From: Candidatus Eiseniibacteriota bacterium
GTDB lineage: Bacteria > Eisenbacteria > RBG-16-71-46 > CAVPCR01
Assembly (NCBI GenBank): GCA_963823555.1
Contig: CAWGMA010000001.1
Coordinates: 800,001 to 864,000 of the forward strand
DNA length: 64,000 bases
Direction: 5' to 3'
Shown: one piece after another, positions 10,273 through 20,499 of the stretch
Layout of the letters: every line of letters starts with the position of its first letter
Numbering within the stretch: the first letter of the stretch is position 1
The notes under the pieces: model-generated
Seen by the model: the letters and a program-made list of their open reading frames with translations, nothing else
The model's database searches: none
What the model was told of the DNA's origin: nothing
Position numbers and translations under genes: made by a program

Positions 10273-10799
10273 TGTTGCCGCCGGTGCCTCCGCTTCGCAT
10301 TGCGGTCTCCGGAGCTGGCGCCAGCGATGATCCCGGCCTGCCGGCTGCGCGCGAACTGGCGGCGCGGCTCGGCGCCGCGCTGGCGGAGGGGGGAGCCGTC
10401 GTGGTGACCGGGGGGCTGGGGGGCGTGATGTCGGCCGCGGCGCGCGGGGCGCAGGAAGCGGGTGGGGTCACCATCGGTATCCTGCCCGGTCACACAGCTT
10501 CTGACGCCAATCCGTGGATTTCAATCCCGATCGTCACCGATCTCGGCCATGCCCGCAACGTGGTCCTCGTACACACCGCCGAGGCCCTGGTGGCCGTGGG
10601 GGGGAGCTACGGCACGCTCTCCGAGGTGGCTCTCGCCCTCAAGATCGGCCTGCCAGTGGCCGCGATCCGGAGCTGGGAGCTCGACCGGCCAGGACATCCC
10701 GTGCCGGCCTTGACTCGGTTCGACGATGCAGGGGAGGCGGCCGCCTGGGCGCTTGCGGCCGCGCGCCGGATGCGGGAAGCACGCGCCGGAGGCCGCTAG
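10272..10799 (+). CDS. LOG/SLOG-family Rossmann-fold protein (TIGR00725-like)
   Basis: TGGLGGVM, GILPG, ARN and GGSYGTLSE. Confidence 0.85.
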   Translation: MLPPVPPLRIAVSGAGASDDPGLPAARELAARLGAALAEGGAVVVTGGLGGVMSAAARGAQEAGGVTIGILPGHTASDANPWISIPIVTDLGHARNVVLVHTAEALVAVGGSYGTLSEVALALKIGLPVAAIRSWELDRPGHPVPALTRFDDAGEAAAWALAAARRMREARAGGR

Positions 10800-10986
10800 C
10801 GCGAGCCTTCCGCAAGCGGTGCTCCGGCAGGCTCGTGCTCGAGCCTTGACATGAAGCCGTAGAGGACGGACCCTGTGCGACCGTTCGTTCCCAGCCCCCA
10901 CGCGGTGCGGACATGCGGAGCGACGCCGGCAGAGGGCGAGCCCATCCGGGTGGTTACCCTCTGCACGCAACCCGAAGCAGGAGCCC

Positions 10987-11907
10987 ATGCCGAATCACGT
11001 CACCCTCGAGCCAGTCACCTCACGAGATCTCGCGCCTGTCCTGCGCCTGACAGCCATTGACTGGTTGTACAGCGTTCCGTTCGTCGCGCTCCATGCCGCC
11101 TGTCTGCTGGTCTTCGTGGTCGGCGTGAGTCCGATCGCGGTGGCGGTCGGCGCGGCGCTCTATCTCATTCGCATGTTCGCCATCACCGCCTTCTATCATC
11201 GTTACTTCTCCCATCGCGCCTTCAAGGCGAGTCGCGGGTGGCAGCTCTTGTTCGCCGTTCTCGGCAACTCCACGGTGCAGAAGGGCCCTCTGTGGTGGGC
11301 TGCCCACCATCGCTATCACCATCGCTTTGCGGATCGCGAGGGTGACATTCACTCCCCGGACCGGCACGGCTTCTTCTGGAGCCACATGGGCTGGTTCATG
11401 TCCCGGACCTCGCTGGCCACGCGGAGTGAGATGGTGCCCGATCTGGCTCGATTTCCCGAGCTCCGGATTCTCGATCGCCACCATATCCTCGTCCCCGCTC
11501 TCCTCGCCCTCGGGGTCTATATGCTCGGGGACACCCTATCCCGGCAAGCTCCCGGCCTCGGCACCAGCGGCCCGCAGATGCTGGTGTGGGGATTCTTCAT
11601 CTCGACGATCGCTGTGTACCACGCCTCCTTCACGATCAACTCGCTGTCACATCGATTTGGATCGCGCCGCTTTCCCACCAGGGATACGAGCCGCAACAAT
11701 GCGGCCCTCGCCGTGCTCACCTTCGGCGAGGGATGGCACAACAACCACCACCAATATCCGAATTCTGCCCGCCAGGGCTTCTTCTGGTGGGAGGTCGATG
11801 TGACTTACTACATCCTCTTCCTGCTCGAGCGGCTCGGTATCATCCGTGATCTGCGACCCGTTCCCGAACGCATGCTCAAGCCTGTCGTCAAGCAGACCGG
11901 GGGCTAG
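10987..11907 (+). CDS. Membrane acyl-CoA/lipid desaturase (delta-9 type)
   Basis: Three His boxes: HRYFSH, HRYHH and HNNHH (GEGWHNNHH). Confidence 0.93.
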   Translation: MPNHVTLEPVTSRDLAPVLRLTAIDWLYSVPFVALHAACLLVFVVGVSPIAVAVGAALYLIRMFAITAFYHRYFSHRAFKASRGWQLLFAVLGNSTVQKGPLWWAAHHRYHHRFADREGDIHSPDRHGFFWSHMGWFMSRTSLATRSEMVPDLARFPELRILDRHHILVPALLALGVYMLGDTLSRQAPGLGTSGPQMLVWGFFISTIAVYHASFTINSLSHRFGSRRFPTRDTSRNNAALAVLTFGEGWHNNHHQYPNSARQGFFWWEVDVTYYILFLLERLGIIRDLRPVPERMLKPVVKQTGG

Positions 11908-11914
11908 GGTCACG

Positions 11915-13162
11915 ATGCGAATCGGGATCGTCGGTGCAGGGGTCTCCGGTCTGACGGCCGCCTACCTACTCGACGCCGAGCACGAGGTGACACTGTTCGA
12001 GGCGGGTGAGCATCTTGGTGGTCACGTTCGCACTCTCGATGTCGATATCGCCGGTCAGCGCCTCGCCGTCGACGCCGGGTTCATCGTCTTCAACCGGGTC
12101 AACTACCCACTCTTCTCCCGGCTCCTTGCCCGGCTCGAGGTCGAATCACAGCCGAGCGAGATGAGCTTCAGCATGCAGGACGAGCGCACGGGCTTCGAGT
12201 GGAGCGGGCGGTCGCCGGCCGCGGTCTTCGCCTGGCGGCGTAACTTGCTCCGGCCCTCGTTCTACCGCATGCTCGGTGAGGTCGTGCGCTGGAACAGTGT
12301 CGCTCGCGACTTCTCCCTTCACGGCGAGGGCGAGGTCACGCTCGGCGAGTTTCTCTCGGCGCACCAGTTCTCGAGCGAGTTCATCGATCGTCTCATCGTT
12401 CCCATGGGGGCGGCCCTGTGGTCCGCCGAGCCGCGTTCCATCCTCGAATTCCCCGCGCTGGCCTTCACCCGGTTCCTGGCCAACCATGGCCTTCTCAATC
12501 TGCTCCATCGCCGGGAGTGGCGGACGATCACCGGGGGGGCCGCGCGCTATGTCGAGGCGCTGGCCGGACGCCTGAGAGGGCGGGTTCGCCTGGGGGCCGC
12601 GGTGACCGCGGTGACGCGGCGTGCGGACGCCGTCGAGGTGGCCGTCGGCAGCGGCGATCGGGAGAGGTTCGATCTCGTCATCATCGCCACGCATTCGGAC
12701 CAGGCTCTCCGCTTGCTTGCCGATCCGAGCCCGGCCGAGCAGGAGATCCTGGGTGCCGTTCGCTACCAGGAGAATGATGTTATCCTGCATACCGACCCGC
12801 AGGTTCTGCCGCGGCGCCGCCGGGTCTGGGCGAGCTGGAACGCCTTCATGCCGGCCCGATCACGGGACTGCGTCACGGTGACCTACCACATGAACCGCCT
12901 GCAGCGGCTTCCGGTCACGACTCCGGTGCTCGTGACCCTGAACCGTGGGGAGGCCATCATGCCGGAGGCGATCATCCACCGTGTCACGATGGCCCACCCG
13001 ATCTACACGCGGGCGGCATTCGCGGCCCAGGCGCGGTGGGCGGAGATCAACGGGGTCAACCGGACCTACTACTGCGGCGCCTACTGGGGGAGCGGCTTCC
13101 ACGAGGACGGCGTGCGGAGCGCCGTCACGGTTTGCCGCCAGCTCGGCCAGGATCTCCTGTGA
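11915..13162 (+). CDS. FAD-dependent oxidoreductase (amine oxidase family, UfaD-like)
   Basis: GAGVSG dinucleotide motif, VDAGFIVFN..NYP and GAYWGSGFHEDG. Confidence 0.85.
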   Translation: MRIGIVGAGVSGLTAAYLLDAEHEVTLFEAGEHLGGHVRTLDVDIAGQRLAVDAGFIVFNRVNYPLFSRLLARLEVESQPSEMSFSMQDERTGFEWSGRSPAAVFAWRRNLLRPSFYRMLGEVVRWNSVARDFSLHGEGEVTLGEFLSAHQFSSEFIDRLIVPMGAALWSAEPRSILEFPALAFTRFLANHGLLNLLHRREWRTITGGAARYVEALAGRLRGRVRLGAAVTAVTRRADAVEVAVGSGDRERFDLVIIATHSDQALRLLADPSPAEQEILGAVRYQENDVILHTDPQVLPRRRRVWASWNAFMPARSRDCVTVTYHMNRLQRLPVTTPVLVTLNRGEAIMPEAIIHRVTMAHPIYTRAAFAAQARWAEINGVNRTYYCGAYWGSGFHEDGVRSAVTVCRQLGQDLL

Positions 13163-13983
13163 TGCAGAGCTGCATCTACGAGGGGGTGGTCCGCCACCGG
13201 CGCTGGCGACCAGTGAGTCACGAGTTCGCCTATCGGCTGTTCATGATGTACGTCGATCTGGAGGAGCTGGACCAGCTTTTCTCGGGCCGAGCACTGTGGT
13301 CCCATCGCCGCCCCGCGCTCGCCTGGCTCAGGCGGCGGGATCACCTCGGGGATCCCGCCGTGCCTCTCGTGCAGGCGGTGAGCGACCTCGTTCAGACCCA
13401 CACCGGGAAACGGCCGGCAGGTCCTATCCGGCTGCTGACCCACCTTCGCTATTTCGGATACTGCTTCAATCCGGTCAGCTTCTACTACTGCTTCGACGGC
13501 ACCGGGACCGAGCTCGAGACGGTGATCGCAGAGATCACGAACACACCCTGGGGAGAACGCTACAGCTATGTCTGCTCCGAGCCCTGGAACCTGGGTTCGA
13601 AGGAGAAGAAGCGTTATCGTTTTCGAAAGTCGTTTTTCGTGTCACCCTTCATGGACATGGATGTCGAGTACGACTGGACATTCGATACGCCCGGGCGAGC
13701 GCTCGCCGTCCACATGGAGAGTCGAAAGCAGGACGGGACCTACTTCGATGCTACGCTCACTCTCATGAGAGAGGAGGTGACGACGCGGAATCTTGGGAAG
13801 GTCCTCCTCCGTTACCCACTCATGACCGCTCAGGTGATCGGAGGCATTCACTGGCAGGCACTGAAGCTGTGGAAGAAGCGCTGTGACACATTCGTCCACC
13901 CGCACCAGCCAAGGGAAAGCGCTGGTGCGATCCGCCCCGTTTCCTCAGGAGGCGATACGTCGCGCGGGCATGCCTGCGGCTGA
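13162..13983 (+). CDS. DUF1365 family protein (UfaO-like)
   Basis: IYEG.V.H.R, FNPVSFYY, EITNTPWGE, VSPFM and IHWQALKLW. Confidence 0.88.
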   Translation: MQSCIYEGVVRHRRWRPVSHEFAYRLFMMYVDLEELDQLFSGRALWSHRRPALAWLRRRDHLGDPAVPLVQAVSDLVQTHTGKRPAGPIRLLTHLRYFGYCFNPVSFYYCFDGTGTELETVIAEITNTPWGERYSYVCSEPWNLGSKEKKRYRFRKSFFVSPFMDMDVEYDWTFDTPGRALAVHMESRKQDGTYFDATLTLMREEVTTRNLGKVLLRYPLMTAQVIGGIHWQALKLWKKRCDTFVHPHQPRESAGAIRPVSSGGDTSRGHACG

Positions 13984-15259
13984 GCTCACGCCCGCGCCTG
14001 CCCCAGCCGCCCGCCCCCTGGCACCGGTGCGCGGGCTTCCGGCCCTTGCCCGCTCGGTGATGGCTCGGATCCTGTCCCGGCTCGCCAGCGGCCGGATCAC
14101 GATCATCGACGGCGACGGTAGTCGGCAGTTCGGGAGCATGACCGACGGGAACACCCTCAGCGCCGTCGTGTTCGTGCATGATCCCGCCTTCTACACCGCC
14201 GTCATCGGGGGCGGCAATGTCGGTGCCGGGCGCGCCTATGCCGACGGGCTGTGGACTGCGGACAATCTGACCAACGTGATCCGCATCCTCGCCGTCAACC
14301 AGCAGGTTCTTCATCGGATCGATGGGGCCTGGGCGCTACTCGGCCGTGGTGCCAGCTACCTCGCTCGGGCAGGAAAGCGCAACTCGCGTCGCGGAGACCG
14401 GCGCAACATTGCCGAGCACTATGATCTGGGGAACGATTTCTTCGCCAGCTTCCTCGATGAGACGATGACATACTCGTGCGCCTACTTCCCTGGCGAGGGC
14501 ATGTCCCTGGCCGAGGCGCAGCGGGCGAAGCTCGATCTGATCTGCCGCAAGCTCGAGCTCGGCCCCGGCGATCACGTGCTCGAGATCGGCGGTGGCTGGG
14601 GTGGCTTTGCCGAGTTCGCTGCGGCGAGCACCGGGTGTCGGGTGACGACGGCCACGATCTCCGCAGAGCAATGGACCTTCGCCCGGGAGCGCGTGCGCCG
14701 CGCCGGCCTCGAAGACCGGATCGAGGTGCTTGATCGTGACTATCGGGACCTCACTGGAACATACGACCGGATCGTCTCGATCGAGATGATCGAAGCCGTC
14801 GGGGCCGAGAACCTCGATCGTTTCTTCGTCGCTGTTGATCGCCTCCTGGCCCGGGATGGGATCATGCTGCTGCAGTCGATCGTCATCCCGGATCGTCATT
14901 ACGAGCATGCCCGGCGCTCGGTCGATTTCATCAAGCGGTATATCTTCCCTGGGAGTTTCCTGCCGTCCCTGGGAGCTCTGACCCGCGCGATCAGCAACGT
15001 CTCCGACCTGCTGCTGGTCGGGCTCGAGGACCTGACCCCACACTACGCCGAGACCCTCGTTCGTTGGCGCGAGCGCTTCACGGCCGAGAGCGGGCGGATC
15101 GCGGCGCTCGGATTCGGGGCGGAGTTCCAGCGACTCTGGGAGTACTACTTCTGCTACTGTGAGGGCGGATTCCGCGAGCGAACGATCGGCGATGTGCAGC
15201 TGCTCCTGGCCAGGCCGGAATGGCGCCGGCGGTCGCCGCTCCGGCTGCGGTCGGGCTGA
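13970..15259 (+). CDS. Cyclopropane-fatty-acyl-phospholipid synthase family methyltransferase (UfaM/Cfa-like)
   Basis: NIAEHYDLGNDFF, YSCAY, LEIGGGWG, SIEMIEAVG and WEYYFCYCEGGF. The start codon is uncertain. Confidence 0.9.
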   Translation: MPAAELTPAPAPAARPLAPVRGLPALARSVMARILSRLASGRITIIDGDGSRQFGSMTDGNTLSAVVFVHDPAFYTAVIGGGNVGAGRAYADGLWTADNLTNVIRILAVNQQVLHRIDGAWALLGRGASYLARAGKRNSRRGDRRNIAEHYDLGNDFFASFLDETMTYSCAYFPGEGMSLAEAQRAKLDLICRKLELGPGDHVLEIGGGWGGFAEFAAASTGCRVTTATISAEQWTFARERVRRAGLEDRIEVLDRDYRDLTGTYDRIVSIEMIEAVGAENLDRFFVAVDRLLARDGIMLLQSIVIPDRHYEHARRSVDFIKRYIFPGSFLPSLGALTRAISNVSDLLLVGLEDLTPHYAETLVRWRERFTAESGRIAALGFGAEFQRLWEYYFCYCEGGFRERTIGDVQLLLARPEWRRRSPLRLRSG

Positions 15260-15266
15260 GGACAGC

Positions 15267-16055
15267 ATGGACTCCTGGGCATTGCTCAAGATGGGTGGCG
15301 GCGCCGTCATGCTCATGATGCTCGGGCTCTGGCTCGTGCAGCGGCGGACCGGCAACGCCGGCATCGTCGATGCCGGCTGGGCCGGGGGTCTGGGCGCGCT
15401 CGCTGTCACCTTCGCCCTGGCCGGGGCGGGGGATCCCTGGCGCCGGCTCCTGGTCGGCGTCCTCGGCGGGCTGTGGGGCTTTCGTCTGGCCCTTCATCTC
15501 CTCCGGGACCGCGTGCTCGGGCATCCCGAGGAAGGGCGTTACCGGAAGCTGCGTGCCGAGTGGGGCGCGCATGCCCAGCGCAATCTTCTTCTCTTCTTCG
15601 CCGCACAGGGTCTGCTCGTGATCCTGCTCGCGGTGCCGTTTCTTCTCGCCAGTGGCGATGCGACCCGAGCGCCGTCCGTCACCGATGTCGTGGCGCTGGT
15701 GGTGTGGCTCGCCGGCTGGATCATCGAGACCGCGGCCGACCGCCAGCTCAGCACTTTCAAGGCGGACCCGGCCCATCGCGGTCTCACCTGCCGCCGCGGT
15801 CTCTGGCGCTACTCACGCCACCCCAACTACTTCGGCGAGTGGCTGATGTGGTGCGCCTACGCCATCCTGGCTCTCGGCGCCGCGAACGGCTGGGTTGCCG
15901 TTGGCGCGCCCATGATCATGCTCTTCTTCATTCTCAAGTTGACCGGCATCCCGCCCACCGAGGAGCAGGCGCTGCGCTCGCGCGGTGACGATTACCGCCG
16001 CTACCAGAAGACGACGAGTGCCTTCGTTCCGTGGTTTCCACGCCGGGAGCGGTGA
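15267..16055 (+). CDS. DUF1295 membrane protein (steroid 5-alpha reductase-like)
   Basis: Multiple TM helices, [21 protein letters not shown] and [11 protein letters not shown]. Confidence 0.88.
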   Translation: MDSWALLKMGGGAVMLMMLGLWLVQRRTGNAGIVDAGWAGGLGALAVTFALAGAGDPWRRLLVGVLGGLWGFRLALHLLRDRVLGHPEEGRYRKLRAEWGAHAQRNLLLFFAAQGLLVILLAVPFLLASGDATRAPSVTDVVALVVWLAGWIIETAADRQLSTFKADPAHRGLTCRRGLWRYSRHPNYFGEWLMWCAYAILALGAANGWVAVGAPMIMLFFILKLTGIPPTEEQALRSRGDDYRRYQKTTSAFVPWFPRRER

Positions 16056-17086
16056 TGTGGTACGAGCCGCTCATCACGCGCGGCCTCGTCCCCGACTGGC
16101 TGATTCGGATCGGGATTCGTCGTTTCCTGCGCCTCGAGCTCGCGCGCCAGGGGAGGGGTGGCCCGGCCGGGGTGGCGGAGCGTCTGTCCGCGCTCCTGAC
16201 CGAGATGCGCTCCGGCCCGATCGCGCTGCACACAGCGGAAGCCAACCGACAGCACTACGAGGTGCCCGCCGAGTTCTTCCGCGAGGTCCTCGGTCCGCGG
16301 CTCAAGTACAGCTGTGCCTACTGGCCAGAGGATATCCGCGATCTGGCCGCGGCCGAGGAACGCATGCTCGAGCTCTACGCCGAGCGTGCTCGGATCGCTG
16401 ATGGCATGAAGATCCTCGAGCTCGGCTGCGGCTGGGGCTCTCTCACGCTGTGGCTTGCCGAGTGCTTCCCGCGGGCCCGCGTGCTGGGCGTGTCCAACTC
16501 CAGCTCGCAGCGCGAGTTCATTCTCGGGCGAGCCGTTGAGCGCGGACTCGAGAACCTCGAGGTCGTGACGGCCGATATGAACGACTTCGCGACCGATCGC
16601 CGGTTCGATCGTGTGGTCTCGATCGAGATGTTCGAGCACATGCGCAACTACGAGCGACTCCTGGCTCGCATTGCGGGGTGGCTGACGACCGATGGGTTCC
16701 TCTTCATCCACATCTTCACCCACGCCCGGTTCGCCTATTCCTTCGACACCGCCGATCCCGAGGACTGGATCGCCCGATACTTCTTCGCCGGCGGCCTGAT
16801 GCCTTCCGACGACATGCTCCCCCGATTCCAGCGGGATCTGGCCCTCGTCGATCACTGGCGCGTGAACGGGATCCACTATGCGCGGACCGCCGAGGCCTGG
16901 CTTGCGAATCTCGAGGTGCGGCGGACCGCGGTGCTCGCCATCTTCGCCCGGGTCTACGGGCCGGAGGCGGCCAGGGCCTGGTATGAGCGGTGGAGGGTCT
17001 TCTTCCTCTCCTGTGCCGAGCTCTGGGCGTTCGGTGGCGGTGAGGAGTGGCTCGTCTCCCACTATCTCTTCAGCAAGCAGAAATAG
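16055..17086 (+). CDS. Second Cfa-family SAM-dependent methyltransferase
   Basis: [22 protein letters not shown] and [11 protein letters not shown]. Confidence 0.88.
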   Translation: MWYEPLITRGLVPDWLIRIGIRRFLRLELARQGRGGPAGVAERLSALLTEMRSGPIALHTAEANRQHYEVPAEFFREVLGPRLKYSCAYWPEDIRDLAAAEERMLELYAERARIADGMKILELGCGWGSLTLWLAECFPRARVLGVSNSSSQREFILGRAVERGLENLEVVTADMNDFATDRRFDRVVSIEMFEHMRNYERLLARIAGWLTTDGFLFIHIFTHARFAYSFDTADPEDWIARYFFAGGLMPSDDMLPRFQRDLALVDHWRVNGIHYARTAEAWLANLEVRRTAVLAIFARVYGPEAARAWYERWRVFFLSCAELWAFGGGEEWLVSHYLFSKQK

Positions 17087-17088
17087 AC

Positions 17089-17112
17089 GAGGCGCGGGGT
17101 CGCCCGCGCCTC
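17089..17112. terminator. Hairpin between convergent genes
   Basis: GAGGCGCGGG-gtcg-CCCGCGCCTC forms a 10-bp stem; the U-tract is weak. Confidence 0.4.
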
Positions 17113-17141
17113 ATCCATTCCCTGCGCCGTTGGGAGCCGGA

Positions 17142-18371
17142 TCACCGGCTCAGGATCAGCTTCTGGCTGAACGTGCGGCCGGCGGATTCGAAGCGGTAGA
17201 AGTAGACACCGCTCGCCAGGTTCCCTGCCTCCCAGCTGAGCTGGTGGGAGCCGGCCTCCATCTCGCCGTCGACAAGAGTGGCCACGACGCGGCCCAGGCT
17301 GTCGACGATCGTGAGCCTGGCAGGTCCGCCCTGGGCGAGAGTGGCCTCGATCGTCGTCGCCGCGGCGAACGGGTTGGGATAGGCCTGGATGAAGGCGGGC
17401 GGTCCGGCGACTGCCTCCGCCGCGATCCCCGCGGGCTGGACGCGGGCCACGATGGTGCCGATATCACCTACCGCCCACCCAAAGCCGGCACCGGCAAAGA
17501 ACACGTCGTTGAGCTCGTTTGCCGTGCCGCTGGTCTCGGGTGCCCAGTTGAGCCCGCCGTTCACCGTGTGATAGATGGTGCCGAGGTTTCCGGCGGCCCA
17601 GCCCTCGGTCGAGCTCACGAAGAAGACGCTGTCGAGACCGACGTTGATGCCGGTCTCGCGGGGAGTCCATGTTGTCCCGCCGTTGTTGGTGTAGATGAGA
17701 GTCGAGTTCTGGCCGGCGGCCCAGCCCTCGGTGGCCGAGATGAAGAAGACGCCGCTCAGGTCGCTGCCCGTGCCGCTCGTCTGGTCGAACCAGGTCACGC
17801 CGCCATCCGTGGTGGCGCGAATGTTGCCGCCGTCGCCCACGATCCAGGCCATCTGCGACCCGATGGCTGCCGCGTTCTGCCAGCGCACGGTGCCGGTCTC
17901 GACGACGCTCCAGGTGGCTCCCGAGTCGGTCGAGCGCAGGATCACGCCGTCCCGTCCTGCGGCATAGGCCATCCCCTGACTGCCGAAGGCCACTGCGCGC
18001 AGGTTGCTTGCGGTTCCGCTCGTTGCCGGCGTCCAGTTGACGCCGCCATTGGTCGTGCGCCGCACCACGCCGTTGTCGCCGACGATGAGACCGATCGCGG
18101 GGGTGGCGAAGGCGACATCTCCCAGATCCTCGGCCGTCAGATTGACCGGAGTCCAGGTCTCGCCGCCGTCGACGGTGAAGAGCGAGGTCCCGGCGTCGCC
18201 GACCACCCATCCGTTGTCTCGGCTCGTGAACCACACGGCGCTCAGGATATTGGTCGTGCCGCTCACCTGCGGCGCCCACTGCGCCAGCGCCGGACTGGCG
18301 ATCGCAAGGGCGAGGAGTGTGCCGGCAACCATGGCGCCGGTGGTAAGCGAGGTCGATGCGGGACGGAGCAT
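17142..18371 (-). CDS. Secreted Ycf48/BNR-repeat beta-propeller protein with a T9SS/FlgD-like C-terminal domain
   Basis: AGGAGG RBS and signal peptide. About seven repeats of L..V.F.....GW.VG..G....T.DGG.TW, then YPNPF...ASGVYFYRF...KLILSR. Confidence 0.85.
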   Translation of the reverse strand: MLRPASTSLTTGAMVAGTLLALAIASPALAQWAPQVSGTTNILSAVWFTSRDNGWVVGDAGTSLFTVDGGETWTPVNLTAEDLGDVAFATPAIGLIVGDNGVVRRTTNGGVNWTPATSGTASNLRAVAFGSQGMAYAAGRDGVILRSTDSGATWSVVETGTVRWQNAAAIGSQMAWIVGDGGNIRATTDGGVTWFDQTSGTGSDLSGVFFISATEGWAAGQNSTLIYTNNGGTTWTPRETGINVGLDSVFFVSSTEGWAAGNLGTIYHTVNGGLNWAPETSGTANELNDVFFAGAGFGWAVGDIGTIVARVQPAGIAAEAVAGPPAFIQAYPNPFAAATTIEATLAQGGPARLTIVDSLGRVVATLVDGEMEAGSHQLSWEAGNLASGVYFYRFESAGRTFSQKLILSR

Positions 18372-18617
18372 GAGACGTAGCCTCCTTGTTGATCGCGCGC
18401 AGGACGCGGTTAAGTTGACAAAAGGGCTTGGGCCGCCGGTCGTGCTCACTGCTCCGGGCCGCGGCGGCCCCTCGATCCCCTGGCCTCGTCCCTCGAATCG
18501 GGGTCTCGGCCGGGAGCCTCCCGGGAGCAGGGCGTCGTCATGCTCTAGAGACGATTCCGGTGTGGGAAAAATACCCGCGGCCGCAGGGGTGACCGGAAGC
18601 GCCGTGGGAGCGGCCAG

Positions 18618-20288
18618 CTAGGCCAGGCGGCGGACCACGAGCTGGGTCATGTCGTCCTGGGGTTCGCCGCCCTGGATGAACTCGCGGACCCTGGCTTCCA
18701 TCGTGCGCGCGAGCTCGACCGGTTCAGCCTCGCGGTTGGCGGTCAGGAGCTCGGTCACCCGCTCGACTCCGAACTCGCTCTGATCGGGTGCCAGCGCCTC
18801 GCGAATGCCATCGGTGTAGGCGTACAGAATGTCGCCCGGGGCGAGCTCCACCGCCGCCGACTCGAGGGGGGCGTCGGGCAGGATGCCGGCCACGAGTCCG
18901 GTTGCCGCGAGCTCCTCCACGTGATCCCCGCCATTGCGGAGGAGAAGCGGCGCGTCGTGTCCGGCGTTGACGTAGGTCAAGCGCCCGGTCGCCGGGTCGA
19001 GATGGCCGAGGAACATGGTGACGAACTTGTCGGAGTCGATCGAGTCGAAGAGGATGTTGTTCACGCGCCGGCCGATGTCGAGGGGACTCGCTCCGGCCCG
19101 TACCTCGCAGCGCAGCATCGCCTTGAGCATGGACATGAGAAGTGCGGCTCCCATGCCCTTGCCGCAGACATCGGCGATGGCGAAGTAGACGCCGCCGTCT
19201 CCGCAATCGATGAGGTCGTAGTAGTCGCCGCCAACAGCAAGACAGGGTCGGTTGGCGGCGTGAAAGGCGTATCCGCTCCGGTTGACCGGCTCCGCCGCAA
19301 GCAGGCGGCGCTGGATGGCGGCGGCCTGCGAGAGCTCGCGTTCGAGAGCGCGTCGCTCCATCGCCTCCTCCAGGAGCCGCTGGCGCTGGATGTGACCGGC
19401 CGCGATATTGCCGAGGGCGGCGAAGAGCGCCAGCTGCTCGCGGTCGAAGTGCTTGAAGGGCGACAGCGTGTCGACGTAGAGGACCCCGGTCGCCTTGCCC
19501 TCGGCGACCAACGGGGCGCACATCACCGAGAAGGTGCCCTGCATGACCAGGCTCTCGGTGCCGACGAAGCGGCGATCCTCCTGGGCGTTGGCGGAGAGCA
19601 CCGAGTCGAGGTTGTCGACCACGCGGCCCACGATGGTCCGGCTCACGGTCATCCGCACCTCGCGTCCCGAGCGGGCGCGGGCCACGCGCGGCTTGAGTTC
19701 GGGCGGGTCGCCTTCGAGGAGCATCAGGCAGGCACGATCCGCTTCCGGCAGGATCTTCAGAAGCTGGCGCACGATCTCCTCGATCACGTCTCCGAAGGGG
19801 CGAGCGGCGAGGACCGATTCGGTGATCTCCTGGAAGAACTGAAGGATGGCGCCCGAACCTGGGCGTTCCGCCGCGCCGGTGATCTGCTCGAGAGGAATGA
19901 ACGTGGTCGCGTCCAGCTTGCCGGTCCCCTCGTAGGCCAGAACCGTGGTGTCGACCTTGCCCTGGAAGGGATCGTCGGAGATCGTGACATCGGGACCCGC
20001 GGCGATGAGGCGCAGGGTCACGTCTCCGAGCCGAACCTCATCGGTGGATGTGACGCGAGTGGGTCCCTGAATGCGCTCTCCGTTCACGAGCACGCCGTTG
20101 CGGCTGCCCAGGTCCTCGATGACGACATGGCCGCCGGGCGCCTGTTCCAGGCTGGCGTGAACGCGCGAGACCGACTGGTCATGGATGGTGATGTCATTGT
20201 CGGGACTGCGGCCGATGCGCACCTTCTCCGCGCGGACGGGTTCCTCGCGGGGCGCGCCATCGAGGGGGATGATCTTCAAGGCAATCAT
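18618..20288 (-). CDS. FHA-GAF-PP2C (SpoIIE-type) Ser/Thr phosphatase
   Basis: FHA motifs IGRS..SRVHA..DLGSRNG; GAF motif SVMCAPL..GVLYVD; PP2C motifs GGDYYD, ADVCGKG, NAGH, YTDGI and DDMT. Confidence 0.92.
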   Translation of the reverse strand: MIALKIIPLDGAPREEPVRAEKVRIGRSPDNDITIHDQSVSRVHASLEQAPGGHVVIEDLGSRNGVLVNGERIQGPTRVTSTDEVRLGDVTLRLIAAGPDVTISDDPFQGKVDTTVLAYEGTGKLDATTFIPLEQITGAAERPGSGAILQFFQEITESVLAARPFGDVIEEIVRQLLKILPEADRACLMLLEGDPPELKPRVARARSGREVRMTVSRTIVGRVVDNLDSVLSANAQEDRRFVGTESLVMQGTFSVMCAPLVAEGKATGVLYVDTLSPFKHFDREQLALFAALGNIAAGHIQRQRLLEEAMERRALERELSQAAAIQRRLLAAEPVNRSGYAFHAANRPCLAVGGDYYDLIDCGDGGVYFAIADVCGKGMGAALLMSMLKAMLRCEVRAGASPLDIGRRVNNILFDSIDSDKFVTMFLGHLDPATGRLTYVNAGHDAPLLLRNGGDHVEELAATGLVAGILPDAPLESAAVELAPGDILYAYTDGIREALAPDQSEFGVERVTELLTANREAEPVELARTMEARVREFIQGGEPQDDMTQLVVRRLA

Positions 20289-20391
20289 GATTTCGATCCG
20301 GATGGTAGGGATTCGCCCTGCCGCGGGCTACGTCACAGAACGGCGAACAAAGATCATGACCGCCTCGCCAAACGGCGTCAAGCGCAACGAG

Positions 20392-20420
20392 TTGACGGCT
20401 TGCCGGGCACTCGCTAGCCT
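20392..20420 (+). promoter_or_regulatory. Putative sigma-70 promoter of M14 peptidase copy 1
   Basis: TTGACG-N17-TAGCCT; a matching element precedes the paralog at 48542. Confidence 0.5.
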
Positions 20421-20499
20421 TGTTGATGACGAAGTCCTTTGCCGGCGATCGGGGTGGCCTGATGCTCTTCGATCCCGACCCCCCACTGCTGGAGGAGCC

